The position numbers were made by a program, and so were the translations under genes. The notes beneath the pieces are model-generated. The model was given only the letters and a program-made list of their open reading frames with translations. It was not told the origin of the DNA and searched no databases. A DNA stretch of 64,000 nucleotides from Bacillota bacterium (GTDB lineage Bacteria > Bacillota > Clostridia > Oscillospirales > CAG-382): positions 42,181 through 106,180 of the forward strand of contig JAKPGJ010000054.1 in the NCBI GenBank assembly GCA_029550965.1, written 5' to 3'. Shown here one piece after another: positions 29,253-37,739 of this stretch; position 1 is the stretch's first letter, and the number at the start of each line of letters is the position of its first letter.

Positions 29253-29281
29253 AATATACCGCAATTGCAATTTCAAGTCAA
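29253..29281 (-). promoter_or_regulatory. Promoter of the acyltransferase / zinc-ribbon gene pair
   Basis: The minus strand reads TTGACT - 17 nt - TATATT. Confidence 0.55.
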
Positions 29282-29323
29282 GGGCGCAACAGAAAAGACG
29301 GTTCGAATATCATTTGCTTTTTG

Positions 29324-29360
29324 CCAAAAAACAGTACGGAGGAAGCTGCTCGCTCCGTAC
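29324..29360 (-). terminator. Second hairpin terminator downstream of carB
   Basis: Stem gtacggag/ctccgtac with a T-run on the minus strand (plus-strand A-run 29324-29333). Confidence 0.5.
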
Positions 29361-29471
29361 AAAAGTATCTTTCGCTTTTCTGTTTGTATGCGTAGTCGTT
29401 TGCAGGAATACGCTACGGTTGTCCCTCGCAGGTTCAAGGATTATGATACGAATTTCTTATGGGAAAATCCC

Positions 29472-29511
29472 AAAAAAACGTGCAGTAAAACGTTTACTGC
29501 ACATCTTTTTT
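29472..29511. terminator. Bidirectional terminator after the carB fusion gene
   Basis: 10-bp stem gtgcagtaaa/tttactgcac flanked by an A-run and a T-run. Confidence 0.8.
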
Positions 29512-29516
29512 ATTTA

Positions 29517-32500
29517 TTAATATACAATGCTGCCTTCGCAAATAAGGTCGGCGTTGCCGGTGAGCGTGATGGTCTCGTCGGTGTAGTTGACAATCAGGTC
29601 GCCGCCCTTGAGTTTGACCGTAATGTCCTCGCCTTTTTTGCAGAAGCCGTTTTCAACCGCCGCGACCACAGCGGCGCAGGCGCCGGTTCCGCAGGCGAAG
29701 GTCTCGCCGTTACCGCGCTCCCAGACGCGCATTTTTAAAGTGCTCTTGTTGACCACGCGGACAAACTCGGTGTTGACGCGCTCCGGGAAAAGGCTGTTGT
29801 TCTCAAACAGCGGCCCGACCTTTTCGATATCCACCGCGTCCACCCGGTCGCAGAACACGACGCAGTGCGGGTTTCCGACCGACACGCAGGTGATGTTGTA
29901 TTCCTTTCCCCCGATTTGCACCGGGCGGTTGATGACCGCTTCGCCGTTCAGCTTGACCGGTATCTTCTCCGGGTCCAGTTCGGCTTTGCCCATATCGACG
30001 CTGACCGAGCGCACTTTTCCGCTGAAAATATACAGCTTGAGCTTCTTGACGCCGCTCGCGGTTTCGATCGTGATGTTCTCGGAGTTTACATAATGATTGT
30101 CGTACAGATATTTTCCGACGCAGCGGATGCTGTTGCCCGCCATTTTGCCCTCGCTGCCGTCCTTGTTGAAGATGCGCATTTTCGCGTCAGCGATATCGCT
30201 TTTCTCAATCAGCACAATGCCGTCGCCGCCGATGCCGTAATGGCGGTCGCATACCGTAATGGACAGCGACTCGGGGCAGGTGATGGAACCGTCGAAATTC
30301 TCGAAGTAAATATAATCGTTGCCGGTTCCCTGCATCTTCACAAAACGCAGTTTCTCTCTTTCCTTGCGCAGGCGGTTGATGTCCACAAGCTCGGTGTTGC
30401 CCAGGTTAAAGCGGGACGCGATGATGTTCGCGAGCGCGTTCGCGGTGTCCAGCGACGTCAGGCAGGCGACCGATTCTAAAATGCACTTGCGGTGAATCGC
30501 GATGTAGTCGTCCACCGACTGCTTTTCGTTGTCGCCGGTGATGACGATGAAGCGGATGTCGTCGTTCTCGAGCGCGTCGAGGATGTTGTTCTTCTCGCCC
30601 TTCTTGCCCAGCACGCAGACGTCAATGCCCAGCGGAGCGATCGCTTCCGCGGTTCCTTTGGTCGCGTAGATTTTCAGGCCTAAATCATCCAGCTTCTTCG
30701 CGAGTCCTACAATCTCAAACTTGTCCTTATCCGCAACCGAAAGGATAACGCCTTTCCGCTTGTCGGAGTTAAAATCCAAATCAAAGCCGGCGGAAACCAG
30801 CCCTTTGAACAGCGCCTCGTTGAGCGTTCTGCCGATGCCCAGCACCTCGCCGGTCGATTTCATCTCGGGTCCGAGCGCCGAGTTGACGTCGGACAGCTTC
30901 TCGAACGAGAATACCGGCACCTTGACCGCCATATAGGGCGGAACCTTGTAAAGCCCGCTGCCGTAGCCCATTTCGGACAGCTTGCCGCCGGTCATCACCC
31001 TGGTCGCCAAATCGACCATCGGCACGCCGGTCACCTTGCTGATGTAGGGAACCGTTCTGGACGCGCGTGGGTTGACCTCGATGACGTACAGTTCGTTGTG
31101 GCTGATGAGATACTGGATATTGACAAGCCCTTTTGTTCCGAGCGCTTTGGTCAGTTTGACCGAGCAGTCGGTGATCAGCGAGAGCATTTTATCGTTAATG
31201 GATACCGGCGGATACATCGCGATCGAATCGCCGCTGTGCACGCCCGCGCGCTCGATATGCTCCATAATGCCGGGTATGAGCACGTCCTCGCCGTCGGAGA
31301 TGACGTCAACCTCCAGCTCGGTGCCGTTCATATACTTGTCAATCAAAACCGGATTGGTAATGCCCTGCGCAAGGATGATGTTCATATAATGCGTCACTTC
31401 GTCCGGCGTGTAGGCGATCGTCATGTTCTGACCGCCGATGACATAGGACGGACGCAGAAGCACCGGATAGCCGATGTCTTTCGCGGCGGAGAGCGCTTCC
31501 TTTAGCGTGAGCGCGGTATGACCCGCCGGACGCTTGATGTTGAAGGAAGCGAGCAGGTGGTCGAAGCGTTCCCGGTCCTCGGCGATGTCGATTCCCTCGG
31601 CGCTGGTGCCGAATATCTTAATGCCGAGCTTGTCAAGCGGTTTTGCGAGCTTGATGGCCGTCTGTCCGCCGAACGCCACGACGACGCCGACGGGGTTTTC
31701 CGCCTTGATGACCCCCATGACGTCCTCAATGGTCAACGGCTCGAAGTACAGCCTGTCGGAAACGTCAAAGTCGGTCGAGACCGTCTCGGGGTTGTTGTTG
31801 ATAATAATGACTTCATAGCCCAACTTTTTCAAGGTGTAGGCGCAGTGCACCGACGAATAGTCGAACTCGATGCCCTGTCCGATGCGGATCGGACCGGAGC
31901 CGAGCACGATAATCCGCTGTTTTTCGGTGTTGACCGTCGCCCTTGCCTCGCAGTATTCGTCGAACGTGGAATAGAAGTAGGGCGTTTCCGCTTTAAACTC
32001 CGCCGCGCAGGTGTCAACCATTTTGTACGACGGGTACAGCGGGTTCTCGATTTTATGCCCGCTGATGTTCTCAATCGCTTTGTCGGTAAAGCCCAGCTTC
32101 TTGCCCTTTATGTACAGTTCCTGCGTAAACGGCCGGTCCGCGAGTTCCGCTTCGTAGTCGGCAAGGTTTTTGAGTTTATGGATAAAGAAGGGGTCGATTT
32201 TGGTTATCTCATGGATGGTTTCGACCGGCACGCCCTGCTTGAGCGCCTCATAGACCGCGAAAATGCGTAAATCGTCGCAGATTTTAAGCCGCTCGACAAT
32301 GTCAATCCCTTTAAAGGCGGGATAATTCGGGGTGTCCAGCGAAATTTCGCTGCCGCGGATGGCTTTCATAAACGCGGCTTCGAAGCTGTTCGCGATCGCC
32401 ATGGTCTCGCCGGTCGCTTTCATCTGCGTACCCAGCTTGCGGTTGGCGGAAACAAACTTGTCAAACGGCCATTTCGGAATTTTCAGAACCACATAGTCGA

Positions 32501-33548
32501 GCGCCGGCTCGAAGCAGGCGCAGGTTTTGCCGGTAATGTCGTTGCGAATCTCGTCCAGCGTGTATCCGAGCGCGATCTTCGCCGCCACCTTCGCGATCGG
32601 GTAGCCGGACGCTTTGCTGGCGAGCGCGGACGAGCGCGACACGCGCGGGTTTACTTCTATGACCGCGTACTCAAAGCTGTTCGGGTTCAACGCAAACTGG
32701 CAGTTGCAGCCGCCCTCGATGCCCAGCGCCGATATAATGTCCAGCGCGGCGCTGCGCAGCATCTGGTACTCTTTGTCCGAGAGCGTCAGCGCGGGCGCGA
32801 CGACGATGCTGTCGCCGGTATGGATGCCGACCGGGTCGACGTTCTCCATGCTGCAGACGGTGATAACGTTGCCCTTCGAATCGCGCATGACCTCGAACTC
32901 GATTTCCTTCCAGCCGTATATGTATTTTTCAATCAAAACCTGATGAATCGGCGACATCTGCAGTCCGTTGGAAGCGACGGTTAAAAGCTGTTCTTTGCTG
33001 GTGGCGACGCCGCCGCCCGCTCCGCCGAGCGTGAACGCGGGGCGGATAATGACCGGGTAGCCGATTCGGTCGGCGACTTCAACGGCTTCCTCAACCGAAT
33101 AAACGGTCTGCGACGGGATGGTCGGCTGACCGATCGCGGTCATGGTGTCCTTGAACAACTGCCTGTCCTCCGCTTTGTCGATCGCGTCGGCGTTGGTCCC
33201 GATCAGGCGGACGCCGTGCTTTTCAAGAAAGCCCTCTTTCGAGAGCTGCATTGCGATGGTCAGTCCGGTCTGACCGCCGAATCCGGCGAGCAGGCTGTCC
33301 GGCTTTTCCTTTTTGATAATTCTTTTGATGGTTTCGGCGTTGAGCGGCTCAAGATATATCGCGTCCGCGAACGTGTTGTCGGTCATGATGGTTGCCGGGT
33401 TGGAGTTGACCAGCACAACCTCCACGCCCTCGTTTTTCATGACGCGGCAGGCCTGCGTGCCGGCGTAGTCGAACTCCGCCGCCTGACCGATGACGATCGG
33501 TCCGCTGCCAATTATCAGCACTTTCTTGATGTCTTTGTTCTTAGGCAT
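29517..33548 (-). CDS. carB: Carbamoyl-phosphate synthase large subunit fused in frame to a C-terminal DapF-like domain
   Basis: 1343 aa. The first approx 1066 aa are a complete CarB (duplicated ATP-grasp halves and an MGS-like allosteric domain). The last 277 aa are a full diaminopimelate-epimerase fold. The start overlaps the carA stop (ATGCCTAA). Confidence 0.9.
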   Translation of the reverse strand: MPKNKDIKKVLIIGSGPIVIGQAAEFDYAGTQACRVMKNEGVEVVLVNSNPATIMTDNTFADAIYLEPLNAETIKRIIKKEKPDSLLAGFGGQTGLTIAMQLSKEGFLEKHGVRLIGTNADAIDKAEDRQLFKDTMTAIGQPTIPSQTVYSVEEAVEVADRIGYPVIIRPAFTLGGAGGGVATSKEQLLTVASNGLQMSPIHQVLIEKYIYGWKEIEFEVMRDSKGNVITVCSMENVDPVGIHTGDSIVVAPALTLSDKEYQMLRSAALDIISALGIEGGCNCQFALNPNSFEYAVIEVNPRVSRSSALASKASGYPIAKVAAKIALGYTLDEIRNDITGKTCACFEPALDYVVLKIPKWPFDKFVSANRKLGTQMKATGETMAIANSFEAAFMKAIRGSEISLDTPNYPAFKGIDIVERLKICDDLRIFAVYEALKQGVPVETIHEITKIDPFFIHKLKNLADYEAELADRPFTQELYIKGKKLGFTDKAIENISGHKIENPLYPSYKMVDTCAAEFKAETPYFYSTFDEYCEARATVNTEKQRIIVLGSGPIRIGQGIEFDYSSVHCAYTLKKLGYEVIIINNNPETVSTDFDVSDRLYFEPLTIEDVMGVIKAENPVGVVVAFGGQTAIKLAKPLDKLGIKIFGTSAEGIDIAEDRERFDHLLASFNIKRPAGHTALTLKEALSAAKDIGYPVLLRPSYVIGGQNMTIAYTPDEVTHYMNIILAQGITNPVLIDKYMNGTELEVDVISDGEDVLIPGIMEHIERAGVHSGDSIAMYPPVSINDKMLSLITDCSVKLTKALGTKGLVNIQYLISHNELYVIEVNPRASRTVPYISKVTGVPMVDLATRVMTGGKLSEMGYGSGLYKVPPYMAVKVPVFSFEKLSDVNSALGPEMKSTGEVLGIGRTLNEALFKGLVSAGFDLDFNSDKRKGVILSVADKDKFEIVGLAKKLDDLGLKIYATKGTAEAIAPLGIDVCVLGKKGEKNNILDALENDDIRFIVITGDNEKQSVDDYIAIHRKCILESVACLTSLDTANALANIIASRFNLGNTELVDINRLRKEREKLRFVKMQGTGNDYIYFENFDGSITCPESLSITVCDRHYGIGGDGIVLIEKSDIADAKMRIFNKDGSEGKMAGNSIRCVGKYLYDNHYVNSENITIETASGVKKLKLYIFSGKVRSVSVDMGKAELDPEKIPVKLNGEAVINRPVQIGGKEYNITCVSVGNPHCVVFCDRVDAVDIEKVGPLFENNSLFPERVNTEFVRVVNKSTLKMRVWERGNGETFACGTGACAAVVAAVENGFCKKGEDITVKLKGGDLIVNYTDETITLTGNADLICEGSIVY
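29520..30350 (-). other. DapF-like (diaminopimelate epimerase fold) domain of the CarB fusion
   Basis: Motifs: FVKMQGTGNDY, DRHYGIGGDG, FNKDGSEGKMAGNSIRC, VGNPHCV, FPERVN, ERGNGETFACGTGACAA. The first catalytic Cys position is Ala (GCG, 30138-30140). Confidence 0.85.
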
Positions 33549-34644
33549 TGGAAGCGGCTCCTTTCATCAAAGCGATAAATCTGTCAAACAGGAATTCGGT
33601 ATCGTGCGGTCCGCCGCAGGCTTCCGGGTGGAACTGCACGGAGAACGCCTTGTATTTTTCGTAAGTCACACCCTCGCAGGTCTTGTCGTTGGCGTTTATA
33701 AACGACACCGCGCCGACGTTTTTGTCGATGCTGTCGATATCCACCGCATAGCCGTGGTTCTGCGCGGTGATATAGGTTTTGCCGGTTATTAAGTCGGTCG
33801 CCGGCTGGTTCTCGCCCCGGTGACCGTATTTCAGTTTATATGTATCGGCGCCGAAAGCGAGCGCGAGCAGCTGATGCCCCAGACAAATGCCGAAAATGGG
33901 CAGCTTTCCGATTAACTGCCTTAACTGCTCGATGCTGTACGCGTTGTCCTTCGGGTCTCCGGGCCCGTTGGAAAGCATCACGCCGTCAAACCCGCCGTTT
34001 AAAATCTCTTCGGCTTTGCAGTCGTAAGGGAAAACCGTAACGTCGCAGCCGCGCTGATTTAGCTTGCGGACAATGTTCTGCTTCGCGCCGTAATCGATCA
34101 TCGCGACCTTAAATATTCCGCTCTCGGATTTATAGAACCGCTTTTGCTTGCTGCTCGTGTTTTTCACGGCGTCCGCGACACGGTACTTCCGAATCGCTTC
34201 CAGATCGACGGCCGATTTATCCGTGCAAATGCAGGCGTTCATAACGCCCTTCTCCCGGATGATGCTGGTGAGCCGGCGGGTATCGACGCCGTACACGCCC
34301 GGAATCCCCTTCTCCTTTAAAAAGTCGTCAATCGTGCCTTCGCTGCGGAAGTTGGAGGGCGTGTCGCACTTCTCGCGGACGATATACCCGAACGCCGAGA
34401 TGTTTCCGTCGCTGCTCTCCGCATCCTCCCGCATGACGCCGTAGTTGCCGATGAGCGGGAAGGTTTGTATGATAATCTGCCCGTAAAAGCTCGGGTCCGT
34501 CAGGGTCTCGACATAACCGGTCATGCCGGTGGTAAACACCGCCTCGCCGACGACGTCTTTTTCGCAGCCGAACGAATATCCTTCGAACACCTGCCCGTCC
34601 TCGAGTATGACATACGCTTTTTTCTCCTTCAAATTAAATACCAC
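33541..34644 (-). CDS. carA: Carbamoyl-phosphate synthase small (glutaminase) subunit
   Basis: 367 aa with the class-I glutamine amidotransferase triad context (GICLGHQLL, FHPE). Confidence 0.93.
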   Translation of the reverse strand: MVFNLKEKKAYVILEDGQVFEGYSFGCEKDVVGEAVFTTGMTGYVETLTDPSFYGQIIIQTFPLIGNYGVMREDAESSDGNISAFGYIVREKCDTPSNFRSEGTIDDFLKEKGIPGVYGVDTRRLTSIIREKGVMNACICTDKSAVDLEAIRKYRVADAVKNTSSKQKRFYKSESGIFKVAMIDYGAKQNIVRKLNQRGCDVTVFPYDCKAEEILNGGFDGVMLSNGPGDPKDNAYSIEQLRQLIGKLPIFGICLGHQLLALAFGADTYKLKYGHRGENQPATDLITGKTYITAQNHGYAVDIDSIDKNVGAVSFINANDKTCEGVTYEKYKAFSVQFHPEACGGPHDTEFLFDRFIALMKGAASNA

Positions 34645-34665
34645 CTTTTATCAACATGGGTGTTT

Positions 34666-35568
34666 TTATTTCAACAGCCGCACCAGCACTGCCTTTTGCG
34701 CGTGCAGCCTGTTCTCCGCCTGGTCAAAGATTTCGTTCGCGTGCGCTTCGAACACCTCTTTGGTAATCTCCTCGCCCTTGTGCGCGGGCAGGCAGTGCAG
34801 GACCATCGCGTCTTTTTTGGCGACCGCCATGACGCTGTCGTCTATGCAGTAGCCCTTGAACGCTTCGCGGCGTTTTGCCGCCTCGCTCTCCTGCCCCATC
34901 GAAGCCCAGACATCGGTATAGAGCACGTCGGCGTCCTTCGCGGCTTCGAAAACATCCTGCGTGCAGGCAAAGTTTCCGCTCTCGTAAGCCCACTTCATAA
35001 TCTCCGCGTCGGGCTGGTAGTCCTTCGGACAGGCGACGGAAACGCGCATGCCGGTTTTGATGCCGCCGACAATCAAGGAGTTCGCCATATTGTTGCCGTC
35101 GCCGATGAAGCACAGTTTAAGCCCGTTCAACCCGCCTTTATACTCGCGAATGGTCATCAGGTCGGCGAGCACCTGACAGGGATGCTCGTAGTCGGTCAGT
35201 CCGTTGATGATCGGAATCGTGCCGAAGCGCGCCATCTCCTCCACCTCGCGCTGGTCGAAGGTGCGGATCATAATGCCGTCGAGGTAGCGCGACAAAACGC
35301 GGATGGTATCGGCGGTTTCCTCCCCTCTGCCGATCTGGAGATCGTTGGAGGACAGAAACAGCGCCTGCCCGCCGAGCTGGTACATGCCGACTTCAAACGA
35401 AACGCGGGTACGGGTGGAGGCTTTGCGAAAAATCATTCCCAAGGTCTTGCCCTTGAGGTGTTTGTGCTCGATTCCGTTCTTCAGCTCGTATTTTAACTGG
35501 TCCGCAAGATTAAGTATATCCAATATTTCCTGCGAAGTCAAATCAGAAAGTTTTAACAAATGCTTCAT
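34666..35568 (-). CDS. argF: Ornithine carbamoyltransferase
   Basis: 300 aa with the motifs STRTRVSFE, HPCQVLAD, DVWASMG and HCLPA (the OTC-type signature rather than the ATCase one). Confidence 0.9.
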   Translation of the reverse strand: MKHLLKLSDLTSQEILDILNLADQLKYELKNGIEHKHLKGKTLGMIFRKASTRTRVSFEVGMYQLGGQALFLSSNDLQIGRGEETADTIRVLSRYLDGIMIRTFDQREVEEMARFGTIPIINGLTDYEHPCQVLADLMTIREYKGGLNGLKLCFIGDGNNMANSLIVGGIKTGMRVSVACPKDYQPDAEIMKWAYESGNFACTQDVFEAAKDADVLYTDVWASMGQESEAAKRREAFKGYCIDDSVMAVAKKDAMVLHCLPAHKGEEITKEVFEAHANEIFDQAENRLHAQKAVLVRLLK

Positions 35569-36725
35569 TGTTCGATTACCTCCGATAAAATAGCGACGCC
35601 CTTCTTCAAAACGTCAAAGGGGATATTCAGCGCGGGCAGCAGCCGAACCTTATCCTTCGCGGTCAGCACAAGGACGCCTTTCTTGATACATTCGTTCGCC
35701 ACTTCTTTCGGGTCCTTTGCGGTCTTTATGCCGAGCATCAGTCCCATCCCCGCGACTTGGGTCACATTCTTTAAAGCAGAAAGGGTAGTTTTTAAATATT
35801 CGCTTTTTTTGTTTACTTCCGCGAAGAGTTCGTCGGTCAGCCTTTCGATAATGCTGATTGCGCCGGCGGCGCAGATCGGGTTGCCGCCGAAGGTGGAACC
35901 GTGCGTTCCGGGCGCCAAAACCTCCGCGGTTTTCTCGTTAAACAGCGTACAGCCGATCGGAAGCCCGCCGCCCAGTCCTTTCGCGGTCGTGACGATGTCC
36001 GGCTCGATGCCGTAATGCTCGTAGCAGAAGAGTTTTCCGGTTCTGCCGTTACCGGTCTGCACTTCGTCGATGATGAAGAGAATGTCTTTTTCTTTGCACA
36101 TCTTTGCAAGGTTTGCGACATAGTCTTTTTCAAGTACGTTGATGCCGCCCTCGCCCTGTATCAGCTCGATCATCAAAGCGGCGCAGTCGTCGCTCAGCTT
36201 GGATGCGGTGTCTTCGTAATTGTTCGCTTCCGCGTACGCGAATCCTTCGGTGAACGGTCCGAAATGCTTGTGGAAGCCGTCCTGTCCGGTCGCGGAAAGC
36301 GTGGTGATGGTTCTGCCGTGGAAGCTGTTTTTCAGCGTGACGATGCGGCTTCTGCCTTCTCCGTATTTGTCGGCGGAATACTTCCTTGCCGCCTTAATCG
36401 CGCATTCGTTGGCTTCGGCGCCGGAGTTGCTGAAGAAAACCTTTTTAAAATGCGTCCGCGCGCAGAGCAGCCGGGCAAGTCTCGCTTGCGGAAGGCTGTA
36501 ATACAGGTTGCTGGTATGCGCGATTTGTCCAAGCTGCGCCGTAACCGCTTTGATCCATTCCTCGTCGCAGGCGCCGAAGGCGTTCACGGCGATGCCGCTG
36601 CCCAAATCAATGTATTCCTTTCCGTCGATATCGTAAAGCAGGCTTCCCCTGCCGCGCGCAATCGCGACCGGAAACCGCGCGTACGATGGCGCGATATTCT
36701 GACTTAGTTCGTCCAATATGTTCAT
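35565..36725 (-). CDS. argD: Acetylornithine aminotransferase
   Basis: 386 aa class-III aminotransferase (FIIDEVQTGNGRTG, TTAKGLGGG) in an arg operon context. It overlaps argF by 4 nt. Confidence 0.9.
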   Translation of the reverse strand: MNILDELSQNIAPSYARFPVAIARGRGSLLYDIDGKEYIDLGSGIAVNAFGACDEEWIKAVTAQLGQIAHTSNLYYSLPQARLARLLCARTHFKKVFFSNSGAEANECAIKAARKYSADKYGEGRSRIVTLKNSFHGRTITTLSATGQDGFHKHFGPFTEGFAYAEANNYEDTASKLSDDCAALMIELIQGEGGINVLEKDYVANLAKMCKEKDILFIIDEVQTGNGRTGKLFCYEHYGIEPDIVTTAKGLGGGLPIGCTLFNEKTAEVLAPGTHGSTFGGNPICAAGAISIIERLTDELFAEVNKKSEYLKTTLSALKNVTQVAGMGLMLGIKTAKDPKEVANECIKKGVLVLTAKDKVRLLPALNIPFDVLKKGVAILSEVIEQ

Positions 36726-36772
36726 GCCGCTCTGCCTTTCAAAATAGATTTTTCGGACTTATTTGCCCCGAA

Positions 36773-36842
36773 CCTTTATCTCTTACCTTTTACCTCTTAC
36801 TTCTTACCTTTTCTCTCTTACTTCTTACCTCTTACTTCTTAC
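36773..36842 (-). repeat. Tandem heptad array, 10 x GTAAGAR/RTAARAG on the sense (minus) strand
   Basis: The sense strand reads GTAAGAA GTAAGAG GTAAGAA GTAAGAG AGAAAAG GTAAGAA GTAAGAG GTAAAAG GTAAGAG ATAAAGG, starting on the first base after the argB TAG stop. It is the same family as 21500-21644. Confidence 0.95.
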
Positions 36843-37697
36843 CTATATAAACATCGTTCCAATGCCTTCGTCGGTCAGCATTTCGATCAGAATGGAGTGA
36901 GGAACTCTGCCGTCGATGACGAACACCTTTTTCACGCCGCGTCTGACCGCTTCGACGCAGCACTCGACTTTGGGAATCATGCCGCCGGAGATGACGCCGC
37001 TGTTCATCAGCGCAGGCACTTCGTCAACGCGGATAACCCGTATCAGCGAGTTCTCGTCGTCCATGTCGCGCAGAATCCCGCGGATGTCGGTCAACGTAAT
37101 CAGGCTCTCGGCTTTGAGCGCTGCGGCGATGCCCGCGGCGGCGGTGTCGGCGTTGATATTGTAAACGTTGTCCTCGTTGTCATAGCCGACCGACGAAATA
37201 ACCGGGATATACCCTTTGTCCAGCAGGTCGATGATCGGCTGCGTGTTGACTTCGGTTATCTCGCCGACAAATCCCAACCGTTCGTCCAGCTTCTTCGCCT
37301 TTATCATATGCCCGTCGATGCCCGAAAGCCCGATCGCTTTGCCGCCCAGATTCTGAATCAGCCCGACGAGGTTCTTGTTGATTTTTCCGGCAAGCACCAT
37401 CTGCACGATCTCGGCGGTCTCCTTATCGGTGACGCGCAGACCGTCGATGAACTCGGTCTTTTTGTTGATTTTGCTCAGCATTTCGGTGATTTCGGGCCCG
37501 CCTCCGTGCACCAGAACCACCCGCACGCCGATGAGCGAGAGGAGAACCACGTCCCGCATGACGGCTTTTTTTAAGTCCTCGTTAATCATCGCGTTGCCGC
37601 CGTATTTTACGACGACGGTTTTGTTGTAATATTTCTGTATATACGGCAGCGCGCTGTTCAGCACCTCTGCTTTTTGCGCGTTTGTCATGCTGTCCAT
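36843..37697 (-). CDS. argB: Acetylglutamate kinase
   Basis: 284 aa amino-acid kinase fold (VVKYGGNAM, VLVHGGGP) in an arg operon context. Confidence 0.92.
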   Translation of the reverse strand: MDSMTNAQKAEVLNSALPYIQKYYNKTVVVKYGGNAMINEDLKKAVMRDVVLLSLIGVRVVLVHGGGPEITEMLSKINKKTEFIDGLRVTDKETAEIVQMVLAGKINKNLVGLIQNLGGKAIGLSGIDGHMIKAKKLDERLGFVGEITEVNTQPIIDLLDKGYIPVISSVGYDNEDNVYNINADTAAAGIAAALKAESLITLTDIRGILRDMDDENSLIRVIRVDEVPALMNSGVISGGMIPKVECCVEAVRRGVKKVFVIDGRVPHSILIEMLTDEGIGTMFI

Positions 37698-37739
37698 TTT
37701 ACTACACCCTGTATTTCCTTTTTGTATTTTTTTATTTTT

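Noticed and set aside
30333-30341. Is the DapF-like part a separate gene starting at GTG 30341 or ATG 30335 rather than a fusion?
   Set aside because: This is not fully excluded. However, there is no stop codon ending carB upstream. The normal DapF N-terminal strand (xxFxKMxGxGND) begins before these codons. No well-spaced Shine-Dalgarno precedes them. I therefore keep the fusion as the primary reading.
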